A stretch of DNA of 64,000 nt. It comes from Gammaproteobacteria bacterium (GTDB taxonomy: Bacteria; Pseudomonadota; Gammaproteobacteria; Pseudomonadales; Azotimanducaceae). Positions 10,067-19,201 of the stretch are shown in pieces. The stretch lies in contig VXSY01000297.1 in assembly GCA_009837725.1 (NCBI GenBank), positions 1,278 to 65,277 on the forward strand, given 5' to 3'. The position numbers and the translations under genes were made by a program. The notes beneath the pieces are model-generated. The model did not search any database. It was not told the origin of the DNA and saw only the letters and a program-made list of their open reading frames with translations. Positions within the stretch are counted from its first letter, which is position 1. Each line of letters starts with the position of its first letter.

Positions 10067-11194
10067 ATGCGGTTCGTTGACGAGGCCGTCATCGATGTCG
10101 AGGCGGGGAAGGGCGGGGATGGCCACCTGAGCTTTCATCGTGCCCGCAACGTCCCCCGGGGCCGGCCGGACGGCGGCAACGGCGGCGAGGGTGGATCGGT
10201 TTTGCTGGTGGGCGATGCCGCCCTCAACACACTGGTTGACTTCCGGTTCAACCGGGTCTTCCGCGCCGATGCAGGAGCCTCGGGTGGCGGAAACGAGCGC
10301 ACCGGCGCTGCCGGCAAGACACTGTGCGTCGCGGTGCCGGTGGGGACCACGGTCTTGGACGATGCCAGCCTAGAACTCCTGGGCGACGTGACGGAAGCGG
10401 ACCAGACGCTCACGGTCGCCGCCGGGGGTGGGCGAGGGCTCGGCAACGCGCACTTCAAGTCGGGCTCCAACCGCTCGCCGCGCCGCACTACCCCTGGACA
10501 CCCCGGCGAAGTGCGTCGCGTTCGGCTGCAGTTGAAGGTGATGGCCGATGTGGGCCTCCTAGGAGCGCCGAATGCCGGCAAATCCACGCTCATCAGCCGC
10601 ATGTCGGCGGCGCACCCACGCATCGCGGACTATCCCTTTACTACGCTCACGCCAAACCTCGGCGTCGTTCGGGTCGGGCCGGGCGCGAGCTTTCTCATGG
10701 CAGACGTGCCTGGGCTGATCGCTGGGGCCGCACAGGGAGCGGGTCTTGGCGTTCGGTTTCTGCGCCATCTCACACGCACGCGTCTCATTGCCCATCTCGT
10801 GGACATTGCACCCCTCGACGGCAGCGATCCGGTTCATGCGGTGGCAACCATCGAAGACGAGCTCTACGCCTTCAGCGAGGCGTTCCGCGAGCGCGACATC
10901 CTCATCGTCGCCACCAAGACCGACTTGGTCGCGGACGACTCCGCTTTGCGGCGCCTGCGCCAAGCCTACCCGTACCGCCGGGTGTTCGCGGTGTCGGCGG
11001 CCACGGGGGAAGGGGTGGACGAACTCGCCGAGGCGCTGATGCGCGAAGTTGAAACTCTCCGCCAGAGGCTTGTCGATGACGACGAGTTTGCCGTGCAGGA
11101 TCGGCGCATCATGGAGGCCATGCGTGCCGACGTGCTTGCCGGTGTCGAACCGCGACGACAGTTGTCGGCCGGCCAGTGGGACGACGACGAATGA
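10067..11194 (+). CDS. obg: GTPase Obg/CgtA
   Basis: MRFVDEAVIDVEAGKGGDG..., a Gly-rich Obg fold, and G-domain motifs GAPNAGKST and DVPGLI. Confidence 0.95.
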   Translation: MRFVDEAVIDVEAGKGGDGHLSFHRARNVPRGRPDGGNGGEGGSVLLVGDAALNTLVDFRFNRVFRADAGASGGGNERTGAAGKTLCVAVPVGTTVLDDASLELLGDVTEADQTLTVAAGGGRGLGNAHFKSGSNRSPRRTTPGHPGEVRRVRLQLKVMADVGLLGAPNAGKSTLISRMSAAHPRIADYPFTTLTPNLGVVRVGPGASFLMADVPGLIAGAAQGAGLGVRFLRHLTRTRLIAHLVDIAPLDGSDPVHAVATIEDELYAFSEAFRERDILIVATKTDLVADDSALRRLRQAYPYRRVFAVSAATGEGVDELAEALMREVETLRQRLVDDDEFAVQDRRIMEAMRADVLAGVEPRRQLSAGQWDDDE

Positions 11195-12372
11195 CGACGC
11201 GAGCGCGGAGGGTTCCACTCCGGCTCGAACGCGATGCCGAGTTGCGCCGGGCGCTAGCCGGGTCTGCAACCTGGGTGGTGAAGGTCGGCAGCGCGTTGCT
11301 GACCGGCGAAGGAGAGGGCCTGAACCTCGATCGGATTGCGGGTTGGTGTCGCCAGATTGGCGCGCTGATGGCCAGCGGCAAGAGGGTCGCGGTGGTGTCG
11401 AGCGGAGCGGTGGCGGAAGGCTGCCGACGCTTGGGCTTCCACGAGCGCCCCGGCACTGTGCATGACCTGCAGGCAGCCGCCGCCGTGGGCCAGATCGGTC
11501 TTGCGGAAGCCTATGAGCGCGGCTTTCGCGATGTTGGGCGCAACACCGCGATGGTGCTGTTGACGCATGACGATCTCTCCAGCCGCGAGCGCTACCTCAA
11601 CGCCCGCGCGACCCTCAGCACCTTGCTCTCCCTGGGCGTCGCGCCAGTCGTGAACGAGAACGACTCCGTAGCCACCGACGAGATCAAACTCGGCGACAAC
11701 GACACTCTGGCAGGGCGGGCAGCAAGCCTGTTGTCGGCGGATGCATTGGTGATCCTCACCGACCGCGACGGCTTGCACGAAGATGATCCGGCGAAGAACC
11801 CTGGCGCTCGCCTCGTGGTTTCGGCGGCTGCCGCGGACCCACGCCTGGATGCGATGGCCGGGGACGCCGGGCGTCTCGGGCGGGGGGGCATGGCGACCAA
11901 GTTGAAGGCGGCACGCTTTGCGGCGCTCTCCGGGTCGAGTACGGTCATAGCCAACGGCGCAGAAACCGACATCCTGCTGCGGTTAGCGCGGGGGGAGGCC
12001 GTCGGAACGCTGCTCGCGGCAGACGTTGCGCCGCTCGATGCCCGCAAGCGCTGGCTCGCCGGGCACCTGCGCGAAAAAGGTTCCGTGCAATTGGATGCGG
12101 GTGCCGTTCGCGCCTTGCGCGACGGCGGCAGCATCCTCCCGGTCGGCGTCACCGCCGCGACTGGCAAGTTCCGACGCGGCGACATGGTGCGCGTGCTGGC
12201 CCCCGATGGCGCAGAAGTCGCCAAGGGCCTCGCCAACTACGACGCTGGAGAAACCCGCCGCCTGCTCGGCCACAACTCGAGCGAAATCGAAAGCCTGCTC
12301 GGCTATGTGGACGAACCGGAACTGATAGGACGCGACAATCTGGTGGTATTGGCGGCGGGAAGCCCTGATTGA
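11191..12372 (+). CDS. proB: Glutamate 5-kinase with C-terminal PUA domain
   Basis: WVVKVGSALLT...VVSSGAVAEG...NENDSVATDEIKLGDNDTLA. The ATG at 11191 overlaps the obg stop (ATGA). Confidence 0.93.
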   Translation: MTTRARRVPLRLERDAELRRALAGSATWVVKVGSALLTGEGEGLNLDRIAGWCRQIGALMASGKRVAVVSSGAVAEGCRRLGFHERPGTVHDLQAAAAVGQIGLAEAYERGFRDVGRNTAMVLLTHDDLSSRERYLNARATLSTLLSLGVAPVVNENDSVATDEIKLGDNDTLAGRAASLLSADALVILTDRDGLHEDDPAKNPGARLVVSAAAADPRLDAMAGDAGRLGRGGMATKLKAARFAALSGSSTVIANGAETDILLRLARGEAVGTLLAADVAPLDARKRWLAGHLREKGSVQLDAGAVRALRDGGSILPVGVTAATGKFRRGDMVRVLAPDGAEVAKGLANYDAGETRRLLGHNSSEIESLLGYVDEPELIGRDNLVVLAAGSPD

Positions 12373-12387
12373 GCGGGGCGAGTGCGT

Positions 12388-12406
12388 GGGAACTCCTGGA
12401 GTTCCC
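12388..12406. terminator. Hairpin between convergent proB and rpsT (candidate bidirectional terminator)
   Basis: GGGAACTCCTGGAGTTCCC forms a 7-bp stem with a 5-nt loop. There is no U-tract, so support is weak. Confidence 0.3.
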
Positions 12407-12485
12407 AGCTCGCCGAATCGCCGCTCAGGGAACGGAGCAGCTTCCGCGCCACCGCCAACGCCCGTCTCGCGGGTCGAGGCTGGTG

Positions 12486-12752
12486 CTATGCGGCGAGTTT
12501 CTTGACCCGGGCCGTCAGGCGGGATTTGTGCCGGGCGGCCTTGTTCCTGTGCATGACTCCCTTGGTGACCATCCTGTCGATGACCGGGATTGCGCGGCCC
12601 AAGGCGGCGCGGGCCTCGTCGGCGTTGCCGGCGATGATGGCGGATTCGACCTTCTTGATGAAGGTGCGGTACATGGATCGCATGGCGGCGTTGCGCTCTC
12701 GGTGGCGCTCCGCCTGACGGACGCGCTTGCGCGCTTGGGCACTGTTGGCCAA
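12486..12752 (-). CDS. rpsT: 30S ribosomal protein S20
   Basis: (M)ANSAQARKRVRQAERHRERNAAMRSMYRTFIKKV... The start is set at TTG 12750-12752; E. coli rpsT also uses a UUG start. The 201-aa track ORF is an upstream over-extension. Confidence 0.9.
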   Translation of the reverse strand: MANSAQARKRVRQAERHRERNAAMRSMYRTFIKKVESAIIAGNADEARAALGRAIPVIDRMVTKGVMHRNKAARHKSRLTARVKKLAA

Positions 12753-12850
12753 AGGGGTTCCTTTCTTGCGTTGTGCGCGTGGGTGCGCGAAAGGGCGCGT
12801 AACATGCCACCGGCCCCCAATGATGTCAACGAGGCGTGCGGTGACTCGGA

Positions 12851-14479
12851 ATGGGAGCCGATGCATCGAAGCCGCACAGTCAGAGAAAGGAACTGCGTAG
12901 CTGGGATGATCTGCCCTTGAGCGAGTCTGCCGCCGAACACGACCGCACCCATGATGTCGCGGCCCAAGGCGGCGTGGTGGGTGCGATGACCGTGCTGTCG
13001 CGGCTGTCCGGCTTTGCGCGCGACGTGGCGCTGTCGCACCTGCTCGGGGCAGGCGCTGCGGCGGATGTGTTCTTCGTGGCCTTCCGGGCACCCAACTTCT
13101 TCCGCCGGCTGTTCGCGGAAGGCGCGTTCGCGCAGGGCTTCGTGCCGGTATTGGCGGAATACCGCGAGCGCGGAAGCAAATCTGCGCTGCGGGCCTTCGT
13201 TGCCGCGATGGGAGGCAACTTGGCGACCGTGGTGGTTGCCGTTTCCGCGCTTGGGGCGGTCGCGGCGCCGCTCGTCGTCTTCCTCTTTGCTCCGGGTTTC
13301 GCCGGCGACGCCCGATTCGAACTCGCCACCGACATGGTGCGGATCACGTTCCCCTACCTCGCGTTCATATCTCTCACCGCTTTCGCTGGTTCGCTGCTCA
13401 ACAGCGCACAGCGCTACGCCGTTCCTGCCTTTACGCCGGTGCTGCTGAATGCGACGTTGATTGCCGCGGCGCTGGTGGCCGCGCCGGCTTTCGACGAGCC
13501 CGCGATGGCGCTGGCCTGGGGGGTGCTGGTGGCCGGGGCTGCGCAGTTCCTGTTCCAGTTGCCGTGGCTCAAGCGGGTGCAACTCTTGGTGCCGCCCAAG
13601 CCTAGCTGGAAGCATCCCGGGGCACGGCAAGTCGGCAAGCTGCTGGTGCCGGCGGCTCTGGCGGCGTCGGCGGGGCAGGTGAACATCTTGATCGGCGGCA
13701 TCCTCGCTTCGATGCTCGTTACCGGAAGCGTGTCGTGGCTCTATTACGCCGACCGGCTGATGGAGTTGCCGGTCGGCATCGTCGCGGTCGCGCTCGGCAC
13801 GGTGTTGCTGCCGAATCTCTCCCGCCTGCATGCCGACGACAATGCCGAAGGATTTCGCACCGCTCTAGACTGGGGAATGCGCGCCGGCGTGCTGTTGGGA
13901 CTGCCGGCGTCGGCCGGGCTGTATGTGCTCGCGACGCCCATCGTCGCGACGGTGTTCCTACACGGCGAGATGCGCGAGACCGATGCGCTGATGGCGTCGG
14001 CGGCGCTCAAGGCATTTGCGATTGGCTTGCTGCCCCTGGTGCTGACGAAGATCGCTGCACCCGGCTATTTCGCCCGGCAAGACACCGCCACGCCGCTGCG
14101 CTACTTCGCGGCATCGGTGGCGGTCAACATCGTCGGGAGTCTCACGCTCATCGGCTGGCTGGGCCATGTCGGCATCGCGCTTGCGACGAGCCTTGCCGCG
14201 GTCGTTCACGCTTGGCTCCTGATTCGAGGGCTGGCGCAGAGGGGCGATTGCCGCCTGGAACGGCGTCTGTTGCGCGTGCTGATTGCCAGTTTCGTCGCGA
14301 CGGCCTTGATGGCACTGGCGCTGCACGCGTTGGTGGCAGATGCCTCGCATTGGCTAGTGGCGTCTATCTGGGAACGCGCAATGCAGCTTGCGCTGGCGGT
14401 GCTTGGTGGCGGCGCTCTTTACCTGGTCGTTGCGCTGGCGCTGGGCGTGCGCGCGGGCGACCTGAAGCTGCGCGTGTAG
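12851..14479 (+). CDS. murJ: Lipid II flippase MurJ (MviN)
   Basis: MTVLSRLSGFARDVALSHLLGAGAAADVFFVAFRAPNFFRRLFAEGAFAQGFVPVLAEY matches the MurJ N-terminus. The true start may lie downstream (GTG 12974/12977 or ATG 12986). Confidence 0.9.
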   Translation: MGADASKPHSQRKELRSWDDLPLSESAAEHDRTHDVAAQGGVVGAMTVLSRLSGFARDVALSHLLGAGAAADVFFVAFRAPNFFRRLFAEGAFAQGFVPVLAEYRERGSKSALRAFVAAMGGNLATVVVAVSALGAVAAPLVVFLFAPGFAGDARFELATDMVRITFPYLAFISLTAFAGSLLNSAQRYAVPAFTPVLLNATLIAAALVAAPAFDEPAMALAWGVLVAGAAQFLFQLPWLKRVQLLVPPKPSWKHPGARQVGKLLVPAALAASAGQVNILIGGILASMLVTGSVSWLYYADRLMELPVGIVAVALGTVLLPNLSRLHADDNAEGFRTALDWGMRAGVLLGLPASAGLYVLATPIVATVFLHGEMRETDALMASAALKAFAIGLLPLVLTKIAAPGYFARQDTATPLRYFAASVAVNIVGSLTLIGWLGHVGIALATSLAAVVHAWLLIRGLAQRGDCRLERRLLRVLIASFVATALMALALHALVADASHWLVASIWERAMQLALAVLGGGALYLVVALALGVRAGDLKLRV

Positions 14480-14531
14480 AATCGCGCGACGGACGCAGTC
14501 GGGCACGCTTACCTCTCGCAACTCGCCATCC

Positions 14532-15551
14532 ATGGAGATCATTCGCGGCCTGCACAACATCCGCCCGAGGCATCGCGGCTGCGTTGCCACGATCGGCACC
14601 TTTGATGGCGTCCACCATGGCCACCAGATGCTGCTCGCGCACCTCAAGGCGAAGAGCGAGGAACTTGGCGAGCCAAGTCTCCTCATCACCTTCGAGCCGC
14701 AGCCGCGCGAGTACTTCTACGCCCCCACGGGCACGCGCCCGGATGGTGGCGGTGCCGTTTCGGGGGGAAGTGGCAGGCCGCCCCCAGCACGCCTCACGCG
14801 CTTTCGCGAGAAGGTCGATGCGCTGCGTGCCACTGGCATCGACCGGGTTCTGTGCATCCCCTTCAACGAGCGCACGCGGCTGATCCCGGCGCGGGAGGTG
14901 GTGGAGCGCTTCCTCGTTGAGATGCTCGGAGTGAAATACCTCGTCGTCGGCGACGACTTCCGCTTCGGCCAGAACCGCGAGGGCGACTATGCGCTGCTGA
15001 AGGCGCTCGGCGACGAACTGGGCTTCGGCGTCAGCCACATGGGCACCCTCACGTTCGACAACGAACGGGTAAGCAGCACGCGCATCCGGACCGCGTTGGG
15101 CGAGGGGGACTTCGCGCTGGCAGAGAAGCTCTTGGGCCGGCCGTACTGCATGATGGGGCGCGTGGTGTACGGCCATCAGTTGGGTCGCACCATCGGCGTG
15201 CCGACGGCAAACATCCGCCTGCAGCGCTATCGTGCCGCCCTCGACGGCATCTTCGCGGTAACGGTGGATGGCCTGGGAGAACCCCTTGCCGGCGCGGCGA
15301 GCCTGGGCGTCCGACCCACGGTGCATGAAAGCGCCGAACCCTTGCTCGAAGTGCACATCCTCGACTTCGACCGCAGCATCTACGGCCGCCTTCTCACCGT
15401 GACGTTCCACCGCCGCATCCGCGAGGAGCGCAAGTATCCGAGCCTCGAAACCATGAAGGCGCAGATCGAGCGCGACATTGCCGACACGCGGGACTGGTTC
15501 GCTCGCCACCCGGTGCTGGCGGAACCGGTCCCACGACGCGAACCGTCGTGA
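14532..15551 (+). CDS. ribF: Bifunctional riboflavin kinase/FAD synthetase
   Basis: GTFDGVHHGHQ, VGDDFRFG and GRTIGVPTANI motifs. Relative to E. coli RibF there is a Gly-rich insertion of about 16 aa (PTGTRPDGGGAVSGGSGRP). Confidence 0.93.
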   Translation: MEIIRGLHNIRPRHRGCVATIGTFDGVHHGHQMLLAHLKAKSEELGEPSLLITFEPQPREYFYAPTGTRPDGGGAVSGGSGRPPPARLTRFREKVDALRATGIDRVLCIPFNERTRLIPAREVVERFLVEMLGVKYLVVGDDFRFGQNREGDYALLKALGDELGFGVSHMGTLTFDNERVSSTRIRTALGEGDFALAEKLLGRPYCMMGRVVYGHQLGRTIGVPTANIRLQRYRAALDGIFAVTVDGLGEPLAGAASLGVRPTVHESAEPLLEVHILDFDRSIYGRLLTVTFHRRIREERKYPSLETMKAQIERDIADTRDWFARHPVLAEPVPRREPS

Positions 15552-16033
15552 TTCGCTGGTACGCGTTGGCGACGGTCGTGCTGATCGCCGATCAGGCCAC
15601 GAAGCTCTGGGTCCTGATGGCTCTAGACCGAGGCCTGTCTGTGCCCGTGCTGCCGTTCCTTTCCTGGACCAACGCCTGCAATTCCGGCGTCGCCTTCAGC
15701 ATGTTCCGTGGCTATGGCTGGGTGTTCGCGCCGGTGGCGTTGGCGGTGAGCGGTTACCTTGCCTGGGAGATCTGGCGGCTCAGGCGGCGCGAGACCACGA
15801 CCCTGGTGCAGCTTGAGGGGGCGGCGTACGGGTTGGTGATGGCGGGTGCGCTTGGCAACGTGCTGGACCGGCTCACCCAAGGCTGCGTCGTGGACTTCAT
15901 CCACGTCCACTACGGCTGGTTCAACTTCCCCGTGTTCAACGTGGCGGACAGCGCCGTGACGGTGGGCGCGGCGACGTGGATCGGGCTGCTTGTCGCGCAG
16001 ATGATCGACGAGCGACGCCAGCGTGCCGCCTGA
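15548..16033 (+). CDS. lspA: Lipoprotein signal peptidase (signal peptidase II)
   Basis: 161 aa with IADQATKLWV and FNVADSAV motifs. The GTG start overlaps the ribF stop (GTGA). Confidence 0.9.
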   Translation: MIRWYALATVVLIADQATKLWVLMALDRGLSVPVLPFLSWTNACNSGVAFSMFRGYGWVFAPVALAVSGYLAWEIWRLRRRETTTLVQLEGAAYGLVMAGALGNVLDRLTQGCVVDFIHVHYGWFNFPVFNVADSAVTVGAATWIGLLVAQMIDERRQRAA

Positions 16034-16490
16034 CCGACCCTCGCAAGTAATCGCCCGCGAAGGTCAGCGCACCATTCGCCCAGGGGCCCGCGTCACGCTG
16101 CACTTCGCCATTCTGCTGGCCGACGGCCGCGAGGTGGACACGACCCGGCGCGGCAAGCCGGCAACGTTCACGATTGGCGATGGCAACGTGCCGGGCGGTT
16201 TCGAGGCGGCGCTCATGGGACTGTCGTCCGGCGACGACGAGCGGATTCCGATTCCGCCGGAGCGTGGTTTCGGCCTTCGTCGCGAGGAGAACGTGCGAAC
16301 GCTGCCGATTGCCGACTTCCGGGAAGCGGAGCCGCTGGAGTCTGGGCTAGTGGTGGCCTTCCATTCCCCGGACGGCGACTTGCCAGGCGTCGTGCAGGAG
16401 ATTCGCGGCAACGAAGTGGTCGTGGACTTCAACCACCCGCTCGCCGGGCGCGATTTGATCTTCGACGTGACGATCCTGCGCGTGGAGTAG
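16023..16490 (+). CDS. fkpB: FKBP-type peptidyl-prolyl cis-trans isomerase (FkpB/SlpA-like)
   Basis: VTLHFAILLADGREVDTT...FTIGDGNVPGGFEAALMGL...VDFNHPLAGRDLIFDVTIL. Confidence 0.85.
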   Translation: MPPDRPSQVIAREGQRTIRPGARVTLHFAILLADGREVDTTRRGKPATFTIGDGNVPGGFEAALMGLSSGDDERIPIPPERGFGLRREENVRTLPIADFREAEPLESGLVVAFHSPDGDLPGVVQEIRGNEVVVDFNHPLAGRDLIFDVTILRVE

Positions 16491-16659
16491 TGCCGCCAGG
16501 CTTCCTCGAGCGGGACAATGTTCACGGTCTTCATTGCGTTCCCGAGGGCTTCGTAGGGGCGGGGCTTGTCCCAGGGCTTGTCCCCCCGTGCCGCTTTCAC
16601 CGTAGCGTCTGAAGCAGTTTGCGCAGACCCTTGGCCTATTGCTCCTAGCTTGCGTCCGG

Positions 16660-16712
16660 AAAATATCCCATAAATATCTGATTATGAAAGATAAAATAAA
16701 CCTGTTCTGTTG
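16660..16712. other. AT-rich patch marking the left edge of the 16.5-20.8 kb insert
   Basis: AAATATCCCATAAATATCTGATTATGAAAGATAAAATAAACCTGTTCTGTTGA is strikingly AT-rich against the high-GC background. It lies directly after fkpB, where synteny breaks. Confidence 0.4.
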
Positions 16713-16852
16713 ACAAGGTTGCGGGCTATCGGCCGGCGCGTTACACAAGCCTTAAAATCCTTCGCCGTTGCGTCGCATATGACTCATTCACTCGGTCAAC
16801 GTACCACATGGCCTGCCGGAAGCGACCGCGCCCCCAAGAAGCCGTCGACAAT

Positions 16853-18063
16853 CTACAGTGTCAGTCCCTTGTAAACGTCTCCGCGCGGGCCGAAACGTAT
16901 CAGGCGAACGACCCGCCGGGCCCCATCAGGGTCGTACACCAACCTGTCGTCGCCCACGCGATACCGCCAGAGTCGCCCGCCGTGGCCTTCGAGACGCTTG
17001 AGGCGCGGGTTGGTTTGCGCGGCCAAGGGCGCTTGACAAATCTCCATCACGGCTCCGACCACTGTTCCGAAGTCCCTCCTGCCGCGCCTCTTCACATCGC
17101 CGAAGAAACGCGATCCCATTTCGAAGCCCCAAGCCGCCTCCTTCGCATCGGAAGCCACGCGGATTTCCGAGGGACCGGGGATTGCTCCCCTTAGAATCTC
17201 CTTGGCCTGGTCCGGCTGCCACACCTCGCGCGGATAGCCGCTCGGCGGAACCTCGTCTTGGTGCAGCGAACACGTCCCAATGCGTTCGCCTTGGCTCTCC
17301 AGTGCGAAGAGTTGCTCCGCATCCATTGACAGGAGCTTCCCAAAGACCCGCCCGAACGAGGTCAGTGCGTAGTCGCCCGCTCCGACCGTGTCGAAGGCAT
17401 GCACGACTCCCACGTGTCTGGCCAGCATGTTCCAGTCGATCAGGCGCCTGTACGCCTCCATCGCCGTCAGGTCGACCACACACGCGATGCCGCCTCGCCG
17501 CACGACGTCGCACAGCACGTCTGTGAGCAAGGAGTCCTCCTGCCAAATCTCCGCCACCCTAGGCGTCAATGGACAGCTGTAGAGCTGAATCGGCTCCCCC
17601 GAAGCAGCATGCCGTACAGACCCGACAAGACCAGAGTCCGTTTCTGCGCCTTGCACCGTCTCCTACTCTCGGTGTCCAACGCGACAAAGAAGCGCCCTTG
17701 GTACCTGTCGATCGCGGGCAGGTATTCGACCCTCCGGGTGCCGCCAAAGTCGTGGCCCTTTGCCAGAGCCCGATTGTGTGGATGATCTGCCAGAGGAACT
17801 CCCTGCCAGTCCGTGTCGCTGCCGCCCTTGACCAACTCACGGACAGCGTTTCTTCGGTCCAGCAGCACGCCGGCTTCGCGCCGTCCGACGCTGTCGAGGA
17901 TGGCCGCGCCGCCCTCATACTGGGCGACACCGCCCACCTCCTTGGTAAGCGAACAGGCGGTCACAAACAATGGCTCTGACACGTCCCCTCCGAACTGCTC
18001 CAACTCAGGCCATGAGCGGCATACCCAGTCGCGGTCGCCCTCATTTCTCGTTGCAGGCCACAT
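16853..18063 (-). pseudogene. YaaA/DUF328-like protein fused to a C-terminal RelE/ParE-like toxin domain; reading frame broken at a G5 run
   Basis: ORF 17566..18063 has FVTACSLTKE, PAIDRYQGRFFVAL and LVLSGLYGMLLRG. ORF 16853..17656 has EPIQLYSCPL..., VVDLTAMEAYRRL and C-terminal LKRLEGHGGRLWRYRVGDDRLVYDPDGARRVVRLIRFGPRGDVY. The two ORFs overlap by 91 nt in different frames. One extra G at 17596-17600 would join them. Confidence 0.6.
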
Positions 18064-18089
18064 TTCGCGGATGTAGGCTCGCCGGTGCC

Positions 18090-19139
18090 ATGTCTGCCGA
18101 CTTTGACGCGTCCGGTCAAATCGCTGGTCGCCCGAGAATCGCCAAAGCCTACCCGGAACGCGGGCCGCTTCAGCAGTTTCGTCTTGCAGAAACCATGGAG
18201 TTCACGTGCCTCCGATGCCACGTCACCAAGCGGTCGAGGCTCATCGCACCATCTGCCGGTGACTGGTCCAGGCTTTTGTGCAATGGCTGTTACGGCGAAC
18301 TGATCTCTCAGCCCAGCCTCGAAGCGCGGCCCGCCTCGACGACGAACAACGTGGTGGCCGACCCTAAGCTGTCCGCGGCCAACCGGAACCCGACGCCTCT
18401 GTTCGAGGACTACGTTTTACGGATGAAGCGGTTGCCCCAGGATCCCGACGAGGGCGATGTAGTCAATCGCCAGTTTCTGTTGGGTCGTTACCACGCGCAC
18501 CCCGCGCGACGCGGAACCCGACCGCGGCGGTTCGATGTCTACTACGCGCCACTGCACGGATTCCAGGACCAGGCCAAGGTCGTCCTCATTGGCGTCACGC
18601 CGGGAATCCAGCAGATGCTGGTCGCGTTTCGAGAGGCGCGCCGTCTACTTCACCAAGGCGCTGCAGCACCGGGAATCTACCACCTAATCCGACGCCGTAT
18701 GGCTTTCGCCGGCCAGACCCGTGTCAATCTGATCCGGCTCCTCGAAGCAGTCCAACTGCCCCAGATGCTCGGACTGTCGGGCGCCGGCGAGCTGTTCGGA
18801 CGAGCGAGCAGCCTGTTGCATTCGACGTCGGCGCTGAGATATCCGGTGCTCGTCAACGGAGCCAACTACACCGGACACAATCCGCCGATCCGGCGTCTGC
18901 CATCCGAGATTCGAAGCTACCTGCCGATGTTGTCCGATCAGCTCAACGGCCTACCTGACGCACTGGTCGTTCCACTCGGACCGGCCGTGGAGGAGGCCCT
19001 TCGCCTCATCGACTTCAACGAACGTCGCGTGCTCACGGGCTTCCCCCATCCCTCCGGTGCGAACAGGGGGCGCCACGCCACATTCGTGCGCCAGCGCGCC
19101 CCGGAACTACGACGGGTACTCGGGGCTGCGAGTCTCTAA
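18090..19139 (+). CDS. Zinc-ribbon plus uracil-DNA-glycosylase-superfamily-fold protein
   Basis: N-terminal CxxC...CxxC (FTCLRCHV...LLCNGCYG). C-terminal UDG-type motifs KVVLIGVTPG (motif A-like) and LTGFPHPSGANRG (motif B-like HPS). The start is moved to ATG 18090 (MSADFD) so it does not overlap the divergent gene. Confidence 0.6.
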   Translation: MSADFDASGQIAGRPRIAKAYPERGPLQQFRLAETMEFTCLRCHVTKRSRLIAPSAGDWSRLLCNGCYGELISQPSLEARPASTTNNVVADPKLSAANRNPTPLFEDYVLRMKRLPQDPDEGDVVNRQFLLGRYHAHPARRGTRPRRFDVYYAPLHGFQDQAKVVLIGVTPGIQQMLVAFREARRLLHQGAAAPGIYHLIRRRMAFAGQTRVNLIRLLEAVQLPQMLGLSGAGELFGRASSLLHSTSALRYPVLVNGANYTGHNPPIRRLPSEIRSYLPMLSDQLNGLPDALVVPLGPAVEEALRLIDFNERRVLTGFPHPSGANRGRHATFVRQRAPELRRVLGAASL

Positions 19140-19201
19140 GGCTCGCGTCAAGTCACCATAACCATCGGGAGCACACGACGACGACGGGAACCGTCTTCGT
19201 G

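Noticed and set aside
14700-14790. Gly-rich ~16-aa insertion in RibF (PTGTRPDGGGAVSGGSGRP)
   Set aside because: It is in frame and lies in a loop between conserved blocks. It is most likely a lineage-specific low-complexity insertion and not a separate feature.
12515-15509. Long minus-strand ORFs 12515..13831 (438 aa) and 14364..15509 (381 aa)
   Set aside because: They are antisense to murJ and ribF respectively. They have low-complexity R/H/E/G-rich sequences, whereas the plus-strand genes have strong family motifs.
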